Of a stretch of DNA of 64,000 nt, positions 1 to 8,738 are shown one piece after another. How positions within the stretch are numbered: the first letter of the stretch is position 1; every line of letters begins with the position of its first letter. The notes under the pieces are model-generated. The model was not told where the DNA came from. It made no database searches and saw nothing but the letters and a program-made list of their open reading frames with translations. The DNA lies in contig CBDESZ010000004.1 of NCBI GenBank assembly GCA_965242725.1, positions 64,001 through 128,000 of the forward strand, read 5' to 3'. The translations under genes were made by a program, and so were the position numbers. Source of the stretch: Alkalispirochaeta sp. Its GTDB lineage: Bacteria > Spirochaetota > Spirochaetia > DSM-27196 > Alkalispirochaetaceae.

Positions 1-621
1 CGCAGATGCGGGGATGAACCGATGCAGGAAATGTGGAGAGCCCCTTACATCGGCCGTTCCCCGCAGACGCGGGGATGAACCGGCTCGCGTAGTCCGCCCG
101 GTCGGGGAAGATTTCCGTTCCCCGCAGACGCGGGGATGAACCGGGTATTCCTACGGCTCACGTGGTACAGGAGTACCGTTCCCCGCAGACGCGGGGATGA
201 ACCGTCTCTTTCATGTATCAGTACCCACATTCCTTTCCGTTCCCCGCAGACGCGGGGATGAACCGAACACCGATGTGATCGATTCGGTGCCGGTTGCCCG
301 TTCCCCGCAGACGCGGGGATGAACCGGTTGCGCACAAGGTCAGATATCTCCGGTATACCCGTTCCCCGCAGACGCGGGGATGAACCGCGAATCCTCCACC
401 ACATCTGGATCACCCGCCGCCGTTCCCCGCAGACGCGGGGATGAACCGGAATCAACCGCCTCCTCGAGCGCGTTCGAGTTCCGTTCCCCGCAGGCGCGGG
501 GATGAACCGCGTCACCATTGTGGCTGCTGCTGTTTCGAGTGCCGTTCCCCGCAGACGCGGGGATGAACCGATGGAAGTTGATCTGCGAACAGCGCGGATC
601 GTCCGTTCCCCGCAGACGCGG
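1..621 (+). CRISPR. Type I-E CRISPR array, cut by the window start
   Basis: Repeat CCGTTCCCCGCAGACGCGGGGATGAACCG (29 bp) at 54, 115, 176, 237, 298, 359, 420, 481 (one substitution) and 542, a partial copy at 1-21, and a 5' half at 603-621. Period is 61 bp with ten unique 32-bp spacers. Confidence 0.97.
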
Positions 622-767
622 ACGGGGGCGTGGATTGAAACTCAACGACCGATCCGGTCCCGAGTCCATGCTCCTGTCGCCTCCCGTGCGGGGGCGTGGA
701 TTGAAACCGGATACAGAAGTGAATGGAGCGTAATGCTTGCGCCGCCCGGGTGCAGGGGATATTGAAT
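622..767 (+). CRISPR. Type I-C CRISPR array trailer fused to the I-E array
   Basis: Full repeat GTCGCCTCCCGTGCGGGGGCGTGGATTGAAAC at 676-707, a 3' half at 622-641 and a degenerate terminal repeat GCCGCCCGGGTGCAGGGGATATTGAAT at 741-767. Spacers are 34 and 33 bp. Confidence 0.9.
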
Positions 768-826
768 GGGAATAGCACCAACCAGCCGTTGTTGACCACC
801 GGCGATACCAGCGACATTAATCATGT

Positions 827-1501
827 ATGGACGCCTCAGAAGACAAACGGTGGCAGCAACGGCTTGAGAATCTCCAGCGTGCCCTCGGCCTCTTTCAGGA
901 GGCGGCGGGGCGCCAGAGTCTGTCCGACCTGGAAGCGGAAGGCATGGTCCAGCGCTTTGAATATACCTTTGAGCTGGCATGGGATACGCTCAAGGATTTT
1001 CTGGAAGTGAAGGGTTTTACCGTTGTCTACCCGCGGGACGTGATAAAGACGGCGTTTCAGACCGGATTGATAGCGACAGGCGATGCGTGGTTTGAAATGC
1101 TGGACCGGCGCAATGAAGCGGCCCACACCTACGATAGGCAGCGATTTTTAGAGATCACCGGTGCGATTCGCACCAGGTTTCTTCCAGCCCTTACGACGCT
1201 GGTCGAGCGCCTCAAACAGGAACAAGGGCAATTCGGACTCAGTCGGGAACATCTGAATGCCATTACGGCGGTATTGCGTCGTTTCAGCGACATCGAACGG
1301 GCGGTTATCTTCGACTCCCGGGCCATGGGCACCTTTAAGACCGGTTCCGATCTGGACATTTGTGTATATAGACATTTCCTCTCTTCGACACCAAATCGAT
1401 CAAGTGGGAATGCCGATTACCTGAGTAACGTTACTGTTCCCCACATATGCGGGCGTCGATTGGAAAGACGCCGGTCTTGCACGGTATGGACCAGGAACTG
1501 A
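827..1501 (+). CDS. HI0074-type HEPN (nucleotidyltransferase substrate-binding) domain fused to a degenerate minimal nucleotidyltransferase (MNT) domain
   Basis: QRFEYTFELAW and RNEAAH (RX4H) motifs, then FGLS...IFDSRAMGTFKTGSDLDI. MNT similarity ends near 1370. Confidence 0.8.
   Translation: MDASEDKRWQQRLENLQRALGLFQEAAGRQSLSDLEAEGMVQRFEYTFELAWDTLKDFLEVKGFTVVYPRDVIKTAFQTGLIATGDAWFEMLDRRNEAAHTYDRQRFLEITGAIRTRFLPALTTLVERLKQEQGQFGLSREHLNAITAVLRRFSDIERAVIFDSRAMGTFKTGSDLDICVYRHFLSSTPNRSSGNADYLSNVTVPHICGRRLERRRSCTVWTRN
1434..1467 (+). repeat. Possible orphan degenerate CRISPR repeat (I-E-like 5' part, I-C-like 3' part)
   Basis: CTGTTCCCCACATATGCGGG matches 16/20 to the start of the I-E repeat, followed by CGTCGATTGGAAAG versus the I-C tail CGTGGATTGAAAC. 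Confidence 0.45.
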
Positions 1502-1613
1502 GGGCAATTCTGATCGATGCTCACCAACGCTATCTCCTGTTGCTATTAATAATCTGCCGAATGTGCTCGACCCGGGAGTTGCGGTCAGGATTGGTACCGG
1601 CCAATGGCAAGAA

Positions 1614-1873
1614 TCATGAGTCGCCCAGTACAACAGACGGTACGTCCGCGAGAGACGCGAATGCACCATCAAAGGTGACAATGCGCAACCCGCCGGTAAT
1701 CGCAAATGCGGCGAGATAGCGATCTGTCCAGACTTTTGGTGAGTATGAGCCGGTGAGGGTCAGACGCGCGCCTCACCGTCGCCGACGGTGTCCAGCCACC
1801 GCACCGCGATCGGGTGGTGCTGGTGAGCATCAAATGCGAGTGCCAAGAGGACGTTTACATCAGGAAGAAACAT
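1614..1873 (-). pseudogene. vapC: VapC (PIN) toxin pseudogene with internal deletion
   Basis: Hand translation gives MFLPDVNVLLALAFDAHQHH, a stop at 1760-1762, then the PIN C-terminus VWTDRYLAAFAITGGLRIVTFDGAF. It overlaps the antitoxin stop. Confidence 0.8.
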
Positions 1874-2111
1874 CGAAGTCTTCTCGCTCGAGCAACGTTG
1901 CGACGCGATCCGGGGTCACACGGACCGATCCGGGGTGCTTTGAGCGGACCAGCGGGAACTCAACCCGCCGTGACTCGAGCCTGACTGCACTTCCGGCCAG
2001 CTCGTGCTCAACCGCCTGTGTTATGAACTCCTTGAGCGTCGTCCCCCTCAACGATGAGACTGCTTTGGCTTTGCGGAATAGCCCGTCCGGAAGATCGATT
2101 GTCGCACGCAT
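1860..2111 (-). CDS. Ribbon-helix-helix (VapB-type) antitoxin
   Basis: MRATIDLPDGLFRKAK N-terminus; directly upstream of the vapC relic. Confidence 0.8.
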   Translation of the reverse strand: MRATIDLPDGLFRKAKAVSSLRGTTLKEFITQAVEHELAGSAVRLESRRVEFPLVRSKHPGSVRVTPDRVATLLEREDFDVSS

Positions 2112-2245
2112 ATTAACATAATATCATATTTGCACTGATGCTCCACGGATTTCCGGGTACATCCCGGGGACTCTCACGGAAGTTCCGGGATGAGTTCTTG
2201 TGGTTTGTATTCCAGGACCACGCCGACGGCTGTCGATGTCCTGAG

Positions 2246-2522
2246 TCAACCCGTAAGCAGGCGCACAAATTGTGCAATCTCGTCGTGGACGGCAGCGCGG
2301 ACTGCAGTGAACTTCTTTTCCAGAAAGGCGAGTTTGTCCCAGTCGTAGTCAAACTCCAGATAGTACCGTTTGAAGTGACGAAATCGCATCAGCTCTTGCA
2401 GGGCATCCCGATTTTCTTCGGAAATGACCCGCGGACGGATGCCGTCGATTTCAAGAACCATCTTCTCCAGCAATTCCGCGTGCTTCCGCGGCCAGGCTCT
2501 TCATACCGTCGTCACCGTTCAT
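2246..2522 (-). pseudogene. HepT-like HEPN toxin with internal deletion and frameshift
   Basis: The start ATG at 2522 overlaps the MNT stop but is out of frame with the C-terminal HAELLEKMVLEIDGIRP...RFRHFKRYY part. Confidence 0.7.
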
Positions 2523-2793
2523 ACACGATCCGTCCCTTATTCAGAAGGAGTTCCCGGAACTCAGGTTCGATACATCCCAGCTGCACGATATCGACGGGAA
2601 ACCTGGTCATACCTTCAACATCACCGAGCAGCGTGAAAAACGTCTCGGCGTCGGTTATTCCTTCTACGGCGATATCGATATCGGAATACTCACGGAACAA
2701 ATCGGGCCTGATAACCGATCCCCACTGCAGAATTCGGGCGGGACGATAGGTGTCGCGGATGAACGCGACGATTCGCTCGGTCCACGTCGTCAT
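2512..2793 (-). CDS. MNT nucleotidyltransferase antitoxin
   Basis: WGSV...SDIDIAVEG motif and VDIV; 93 aa. Confidence 0.85.
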   Translation of the reverse strand: MTTWTERIVAFIRDTYRPARILQWGSVIRPDLFREYSDIDIAVEGITDAETFFTLLGDVEGMTRFPVDIVQLGCIEPEFRELLLNKGRIVYER

Positions 2794-2874
2794 ACTGAAA
2801 GAATACTACATCTCCGGCGTTCTGCTTCACGGGAGCGCCCCTGACGACAGAAAATCACGCCAGTTGACGGGGCG

Positions 2875-4236
2875 TTGTCGGTGACGTACTCTTTGGACAT
2901 ATCGAAAATTAAAGTGGAGTTTTCTTTAATGAACAGGAAAGTGGTTCGGTTACGAGTATTCCTGGTTGCTCTTTTCCCGCTTCTTGTTTCCGGGTGTGCC
3001 TACTACGTCCAAAAAGGATCGATCTCCCATGGGAATGTGGTAACCGGAGCGGGTACAAGCGCAATCGTCGATGTTTTGCTATCGCTCCTCGTGGGAGCGC
3101 TGGAAGGACTGTTTGTCTGGGGTCCGGCAATCTTTATTGTTCTCTATCCAGTTACCGCCGCAGTACGAAAGGCACGCTTTGCAAAACTCGAAAAAACCGA
3201 AAAACCGCACATGGTTCCGGTGATAAAGGCGGCAGCTCAGAGGGAGCTCACCACGATCACCCCCCCGACGACGTTTATCATGCTTGTTGTCGGCGTTGTT
3301 GGAACGTTCGTTTTCCAGCGAACCGCTTCCGTCGGTCGGTGGAGTATCCCGGGATTCATCGTCGAGGTTGTGCCGGCATGGTTTCTTTCGTTCTGGCGAT
3401 TTGAATATCCGGCGATCACCGTTTCGGCGCTCATTGTCGTCATGTATTCCCTCGTGTCCAGCTATGCGGGCCTGTTCAAACCTCCCGAGAAGGCGATTCT
3501 GGAGGCTTCCAAGAGTAAAAACCTCGACGTCGATACACAGATCGACGAGCAAATATCGCTATCCGAACAGACGTTGGAATCCGGTAGTTCCGTGGAGCAT
3601 CCGGTTTCGGTCAAGGATGAGTCACAGCGCGTCGAGATACCCGAGAATGATACTTCGGATCCCGACGACGAACCTCTTTCCACCCACGCCTCGACGGCTA
3701 CCGGATCGGCCATACTTCCCAGAGCGGATGACACGAAACAGATGGCTTCTCTCCGTCGTGTGATTAATCGATACGCACGCTCCAACCCCAAACTTTCCCG
3801 AAATGGAAACACCCAGGCGGCATTGTCGGAAATCAACGCCGAGTTCGTCTTTTCCGAGTACGGGTACGGCGTTGCGAGTTATCCCGACAATCTTGTTCGA
3901 CTCAAAGTTGTGTGGACGCTGCTTGCCGAGTGTTCCAAATCGGAGGACAAGCGAATCAAGGCGCTTGAAGATCTCAAGCCGATTGTCACCGGCGGATTCC
4001 CCCCCTGGCCACTATGGGCCGCCATCGCCTATTGCCACATTAAGAATGACGATCGCTTTGGCGATTTTGAGAGCTCATGGACCCGTCGGCTCAGCTTCAG
4101 CGCCGACGAGGCTCTCTTCCTGTACAGCGGTATGCGGTTCTGGCGGACGGAAGATCCAGACCTGATTGACTGCATCGAGAAGGTCCGGCGCGCTGCCCAG
4201 GGTTCAAATTGCTACGCCGCGATCGCCGACCGTTAA
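2875..4236 (+). CDS. Hypothetical membrane protein
   Basis: 453-aa ORF with LLVSGC lipobox-like signal, several hydrophobic segments, an acidic linker and a soluble C-terminal domain. Start uncertain. Confidence 0.6.
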   Translation: MSVTYSLDISKIKVEFSLMNRKVVRLRVFLVALFPLLVSGCAYYVQKGSISHGNVVTGAGTSAIVDVLLSLLVGALEGLFVWGPAIFIVLYPVTAAVRKARFAKLEKTEKPHMVPVIKAAAQRELTTITPPTTFIMLVVGVVGTFVFQRTASVGRWSIPGFIVEVVPAWFLSFWRFEYPAITVSALIVVMYSLVSSYAGLFKPPEKAILEASKSKNLDVDTQIDEQISLSEQTLESGSSVEHPVSVKDESQRVEIPENDTSDPDDEPLSTHASTATGSAILPRADDTKQMASLRRVINRYARSNPKLSRNGNTQAALSEINAEFVFSEYGYGVASYPDNLVRLKVVWTLLAECSKSEDKRIKALEDLKPIVTGGFPPWPLWAAIAYCHIKNDDRFGDFESSWTRRLSFSADEALFLYSGMRFWRTEDPDLIDCIEKVRRAAQGSNCYAAIADR

Positions 4237-4330
4237 GAGGCTGCTGATACATGCGGGCGGCGTCTCGACCGCGCCTTTTTCGCCGTCACCCCACCTCACG
4301 TTCAACGTAGGTCGAGTAGCCCACCACCTT

Positions 4331-4519
4331 CTATTGATACTCCTGATCTGGAAGGGGACTGGAGATCATGAAGTCCGCGGTGGAGCAGTTGCATGCAATG
4401 GGCAGGTTGTAGAGCACGGCGATGCGCAAGAGCGCCTTTACGTCCACATCGTGAGGGTGGGGCGACATGGGGTCCCAGAAAAAGATTATGGCGTCAACCT
4501 TGCCGTCTGCAATGAGCAC
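4331..4519 (-). pseudogene. mgsA: Methylglyoxal synthase C-terminal fragment
   Basis: [34 protein letters not shown] signature; the N-terminal part is missing. Confidence 0.85.
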
Positions 4520-4543
4520 CTCCTCCGGTCGGTGTTTTCCCGG

Positions 4544-4700
4544 GAATCCCCGACGATCCGGTTTGCGATCATTTCATGTATGCGGAGTGCGCCCGGCGGA
4601 ACCGTGAGGTTCAGAATAAAGAAAAAATGAATGAACGTTACACCCGTTGCTGCCGCAACGTTGAAATGCGGGCAAGGCGAGGTAAAGTCTTGCCGGTGCA
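4544..4700. repeat. Dispersed repeat copy A: vapC 3' end relic plus conserved downstream segment
   Basis: Aligns with 20521-20680 (51-bp identical core, 4578-4628 = 20554-20604) and shares 37 identical bp (4646-4682) with 22672-22708. Confidence 0.9.
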
Positions 4701-6557
4701 ATGAAACGATGGTACAACCGGGTGACAGGGAATTCATACAATGCGGGATGTCAATTGAAGCTATTGAGATCAATGATGCCACGGAAGCTCTCGCGGACAT
4801 TCGGGAATCTTCCCTTGCGACAGAAGTATCTCCTGTCCCATACCGTCGCCGTGTTATTGACCGTTTCGGTTCTGACACCGGCCAGTTACGTTATTTCCCG
4901 GAACCAGCTTGAGAGCCGGACCGCCGATTTTGCGATGGTGATCCTCCAGAAGGCTGCCTTCATCTGGGAAGCGAAGGTGACGGAAATCGTCGATTATTTC
5001 ATCGCCCAGTTTGATGCGGTGGAACTTGGACGGGTCATCAAGGACAGTCTCCGTGCCGACCCGTCGGTTTCCCGGCTGCGGGTAGAACGTGCGTTGTCGG
5101 ACATCATGACCTATAAGAATGAAATCCGGTTTATCCAGATCGACACGATGGATTCACAACGCTTCTTCCGGCGACGCAGCGATTCCACGGTTTCATCCGA
5201 GGTTATCGACGCGCTGATTCCCTATGATAGCGTCCGCGATCTCCGTGCTCGCCCCTTTTTTACCGTCGGACCCGACCATACGGTGATTATGAGCAAAGTG
5301 CTGTACGATCTGGACACCACCGAATACCTTGGGATTCTGACCGTCGGTTTTGACTATGAAACGTTCTCGGTGGTCTTTCCCGACGAAGAGAATCGTGAAC
5401 TGGGGAATGTCATCATATTTGACGCTCTCACAGAGGGGCCGGCGATTTTCTCTTCAGGCGCCGCGTCGCTGGTGGAGGCATTTGCCCCGTGGGGTGACCG
5501 GAGTCGCCTGCAGAGGGAAGGTCTCCTTTCGGTGGGAGATACCGATTACATTGTCGCGGAAATCCGCAGCAGGGACCGGCGGTGGATCCTGCAATCGTAT
5601 ACGGCAATACCCGATATTGCCCGGTTATCCCTGGCCGCCGCACGATATATAATTATCGCAACGATCGTAACCCTCGCAATGGCGATACTGCTTTCGGCGT
5701 ATCTCGCCGGTCGCGAGTCCCGAAGGATCAGCAATATCAAAGACCATGCGCAGCAGATCGCCGCAGGTGACCTGTCCGTACATACCCGTGACGATCACAT
5801 GGATGAACTTGGTCAATTGGCCCGTGCCCTTGAAGACCTTTCAGCGCGAATCGCCTCGCTCGTTGACGGCCTGGCATCGGAACGGGCGCGCCTCGCCGAA
5901 GCGCGGTACCGCGCGATTCAGTCGGAATACAGTGCGCTGCAATCCAAGATCAACCCCCACTTCATCTTCAACACGTTGGAGATGGTCAACAGCATGGCGA
6001 AGCTCAAGGGAGACGATGAAATCTCCGAGGTCGTACAGGGAATCGGCGATCTTTTGCGGGAGAGCGTCCGTCGTCGCCATACCCTCATCCCTCTGGCAGA
6101 AGAGGTCGCGTACATCGAGAAATACCTGAAAATTCAGCAGTTTCTCCACGAAAAACACCTTTCGGTAGATATTCAGGTACCCGAGGAGCTCAACAACCTT
6201 TCGGTACCCACCTTTATCCTTCAGCCTATCGTCGAAAACGCGGTCGTCCACGGCATTGAACCCCGTCGGGATTCGGGGCGTCTCCGTGTCGAAGCGAAAC
6301 GTGACGGTGAAACGTTGATTCTCTCGGTGAGTGACAACGGAGTCGGAATGTCTCCTGAGGCCATTGCCAAAGCGATGGACGAGGAGGAGGTCGACGATCC
6401 GCGGCATACAAAAACGGGTCTCGCGTCGGTGGACCGCCGCCTGCGTATTCTCTTTGGGGAACAGTACGGCGTGAAAATACAAAGTCCCAACGGCGAAGGA
6501 ACAGAGGTTTCACTCTATTTTCCCGTTTCGACGGGGGTGTCGGAATGGGAGATCTGA
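4701..6557 (+). CDS. YesM-family sensor histidine kinase
   Basis: HAMP domain, ALQSKINPHFIFNTL, LQPIVENAVVHG and DNGVG motifs. True start may be slightly downstream. Confidence 0.92.
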   Translation: MKRWYNRVTGNSYNAGCQLKLLRSMMPRKLSRTFGNLPLRQKYLLSHTVAVLLTVSVLTPASYVISRNQLESRTADFAMVILQKAAFIWEAKVTEIVDYFIAQFDAVELGRVIKDSLRADPSVSRLRVERALSDIMTYKNEIRFIQIDTMDSQRFFRRRSDSTVSSEVIDALIPYDSVRDLRARPFFTVGPDHTVIMSKVLYDLDTTEYLGILTVGFDYETFSVVFPDEENRELGNVIIFDALTEGPAIFSSGAASLVEAFAPWGDRSRLQREGLLSVGDTDYIVAEIRSRDRRWILQSYTAIPDIARLSLAAARYIIIATIVTLAMAILLSAYLAGRESRRISNIKDHAQQIAAGDLSVHTRDDHMDELGQLARALEDLSARIASLVDGLASERARLAEARYRAIQSEYSALQSKINPHFIFNTLEMVNSMAKLKGDDEISEVVQGIGDLLRESVRRRHTLIPLAEEVAYIEKYLKIQQFLHEKHLSVDIQVPEELNNLSVPTFILQPIVENAVVHGIEPRRDSGRLRVEAKRDGETLILSVSDNGVGMSPEAIAKAMDEEEVDDPRHTKTGLASVDRRLRILFGEQYGVKIQSPNGEGTEVSLYFPVSTGVSEWEI

Positions 6558-7312
6558 CGGCATACATCGTCGATGATACCCGGGTAATCCGGGACTCCCT
6601 GGTACAGACGATACGCTGGGAAGAATGCGGTTTCCGGGTGGCAGGTACCGCGGCGGATGGTATCACCGCGGAGAAGGAGATCCGGGAGATACGCCCCAAT
6701 GTGGTCATTACCGATATTCGCATGCCCGGGGCGGACGGTCTGACCCTTGCCGCCAGGGTCCGTGAGTTGTTGCCGGAGACGCAGGTGATCGTCATTACCG
6801 GATTTGGTGAGTTTGAATACGCCCAGGGTTCGCTCAGGGCGGGGGCGATAGATATTATTCTCAAACCGATTCGCAATGCCGATCTGGAAGACGCGCTCCG
6901 GAAAGCGGCGCGGCTCATCGGCGGTACCGCTCCGGCGGCTCGCGGAAACGTTACCCTGCCGGACTATGTAACTGCCAATCGCTCCATCGGCGTCCTGGTC
7001 CGGGCGGTGCTCGTTCATATCGAGGGGAACTACGGGGATGACGTGAACCTGTCCGCACTTGCCGGGAAATTCCGCGTCACCGCCAGCCATCTGAGCCGCA
7101 CATTCCGGAACGAAACGGGATTTACCTTTTTGAAATACCTTACCCGCCGACGGATTGAACATGCACAGGAACTCCTTCCGGACCCTGGAATGCACATATC
7201 GGAGATTGCGTCGGTGTGCGGATTCGGGTCACCCGTTCGTTTTTCCCAACTCTTCAAGCGTCACGTTGGAGTTACACCGAGCGAATACCGGCGCAATATC
7301 ACCGGTTCATAG
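6545..7312 (+). CDS. YesN-like response regulator (receiver + AraC HTH)
   Basis: IVDD and TDIRMPG receiver motifs; C-terminal IASVCGF...FKRHVGVTPSEYR. Confidence 0.92.
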   Translation: MGDLTAYIVDDTRVIRDSLVQTIRWEECGFRVAGTAADGITAEKEIREIRPNVVITDIRMPGADGLTLAARVRELLPETQVIVITGFGEFEYAQGSLRAGAIDIILKPIRNADLEDALRKAARLIGGTAPAARGNVTLPDYVTANRSIGVLVRAVLVHIEGNYGDDVNLSALAGKFRVTASHLSRTFRNETGFTFLKYLTRRRIEHAQELLPDPGMHISEIASVCGFGSPVRFSQLFKRHVGVTPSEYRRNITGS

Positions 7313-7313
7313 A

Positions 7314-7340
7314 TCAAAAACGGCACTGTAATTGTCAAAA
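7314..7340 (+). promoter_or_regulatory. Putative AraC/YesN binding site (direct repeat)
   Basis: TCAAAA at 7314 and 7335 (21-bp spacing) upstream of the binding-protein gene. Confidence 0.35.
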
Positions 7341-7408
7341 CTCAGGTACTATCGTGCTCTTCAGGGAGGGCCTACCATTACCCCACGAAAACTGAAGGAG
7401 GAATCGAG

Positions 7409-8665
7409 ATGAAACAGGTATTTCGTATGGTCCCTATAGTACTCGTCCTGTGTATCACCGGGTTTGCCTTTGCCGGCGGCAATGCCGAGGAATCCGACAC
7501 AACGACGACGGTTACGCTCATGCACTACATGGGGGAGCAGCAGAAGCAGGACGGACTGCAGGAACTCATCGACGGGTTTACGGCGCTGCATCCGGATGTG
7601 GAGTTTGAGGTCACTTCCGTAGAGATCTCCAATTATCTGACGACGCTGAAGACGATGATCGCCGCCGGAGACATTCCGGATATCATTTTTGGAAAACCCA
7701 AGGAGTATACCGACCTTATTGAAGCGGGCCACCTCGCGGATCTGACGGGAGCGCCTTTTCTGGGCAACCTGGCACCCGGAGCGGTACCGTCGGTATCATA
7801 TGAGGATCGCGTCTACGGTGTTCCCATCGACCTCCAGACGATCATCGTCTATTACAATCGAGATGTCTTTGAGGAATACGGAGTCTCGGAACCGGAGACG
7901 TGGAGCGAATTTGTTGCGCTGATGGATACCTTTGACGCCGGAGGTGTTGCGCCGTTTGCACATCCCTTTAAGGATTCCTGGACGGTATTTGTCGACTACT
8001 TTGCCGATGAATATGTCGTTCGTGAGGAGCATCCCGATTTCTACGTGGACATCGAGTCCGGCGACGCATCGTTTGCCGACTATCCTCACTTCCGGGACGT
8101 TCTGCGCCGATTCCGGACGCGGGTGTCCTACAATGCCGGTGATGATTGGGGAACCGACAATGCGACGGCACAGAATATGCTCGCCACCGGTGACGCCGCC
8201 ATGTATATAAATGGAAGCTGGTCGGTGGGGGACTTCATTAACAACTTCCCCGACGTTCCGATCGGAATATTCTCCATCCCCAGTTACGAGGACCCGGCGA
8301 TGAATCGCCTGCCCATAGGTGTGGATGACTGCTGGATGGCGGCGGCGGGTTCCGACAATCGGGACATTGTGCTGGAGTTCTTTGACTATATCACCAGCCC
8401 GGACGCCGCAGTTGCGTGGATGAGTGCTACCAACACAATCAGTTTCTCGTCCGATACCGGCGGATACGAGTACGACCCGATCTCGCAGCAGATCGTTGAC
8501 GAACTGGAATCCGGGGAGACGACAAACTTTCATGCGCCGGTCCTGTTCTCAAGCGCCCTTGAAGACGTATACCGCAACATGATCGTGGAAGCGGCGGCAA
8601 CGGATACCGCCAGCCTCGATGAAATCATCGCCGAGTTTGACAGCCGTATAGACGAAGTACGGTAA
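7409..8665 (+). CDS. Carbohydrate ABC transporter substrate-binding protein
   Basis: Signal peptide FAFAGG, SBP_bac_1-like YGVP...YYNRDVF motif and an AAGGAGG RBS. Confidence 0.92.
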   Translation: MKQVFRMVPIVLVLCITGFAFAGGNAEESDTTTTVTLMHYMGEQQKQDGLQELIDGFTALHPDVEFEVTSVEISNYLTTLKTMIAAGDIPDIIFGKPKEYTDLIEAGHLADLTGAPFLGNLAPGAVPSVSYEDRVYGVPIDLQTIIVYYNRDVFEEYGVSEPETWSEFVALMDTFDAGGVAPFAHPFKDSWTVFVDYFADEYVVREEHPDFYVDIESGDASFADYPHFRDVLRRFRTRVSYNAGDDWGTDNATAQNMLATGDAAMYINGSWSVGDFINNFPDVPIGIFSIPSYEDPAMNRLPIGVDDCWMAAAGSDNRDIVLEFFDYITSPDAAVAWMSATNTISFSSDTGGYEYDPISQQIVDELESGETTNFHAPVLFSSALEDVYRNMIVEAAATDTASLDEIIAEFDSRIDEVR

Positions 8666-8679
8666 GCACAACGTTGATT

Positions 8680-8720
8680 CCGGTGCGCCGCGGCAATTGC
8701 GGCGCACCGGTTTGTTTTTT
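8680..8720 (+). terminator. Intra-operon stem-loop or terminator after the binding-protein gene
   Basis: CCGGTGCGCCGC...GCGGCGCACCGG followed by a T-rich tract. Confidence 0.7.
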
Positions 8721-8738
8721 GCACGAGGATCGTTATAC

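Noticed and set aside
22..740. Self-targeting spacers
   Set aside because: I saw no match elsewhere in the window by eye; a BLAST search is needed to exclude it.
45..817. ORFs over the CRISPR array (157, 109, 101 aa and others)
   Set aside because: They are translations of repeats (RFIPASAGN, SSPRLRG, FQSTPP), not genes.
4237..4320. GAGGCTGCTGA start resembling IS/MITE terminal repeats (also GAGGCCTATCAT near 31707)
   Set aside because: No matching second end or target duplication found; too short to support.
770..4330. Integron cassette array explaining the TA cluster
   Set aside because: No integrase, no convincing attC pairs, and mixed gene orientations.
4520..4630. Known riboswitch in the conserved repeat segment
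   Set aside because: It does not fit the c-di-GMP, ZTP, fluoride or preQ1 consensus as I recall them; kept only as an unassigned repeat.
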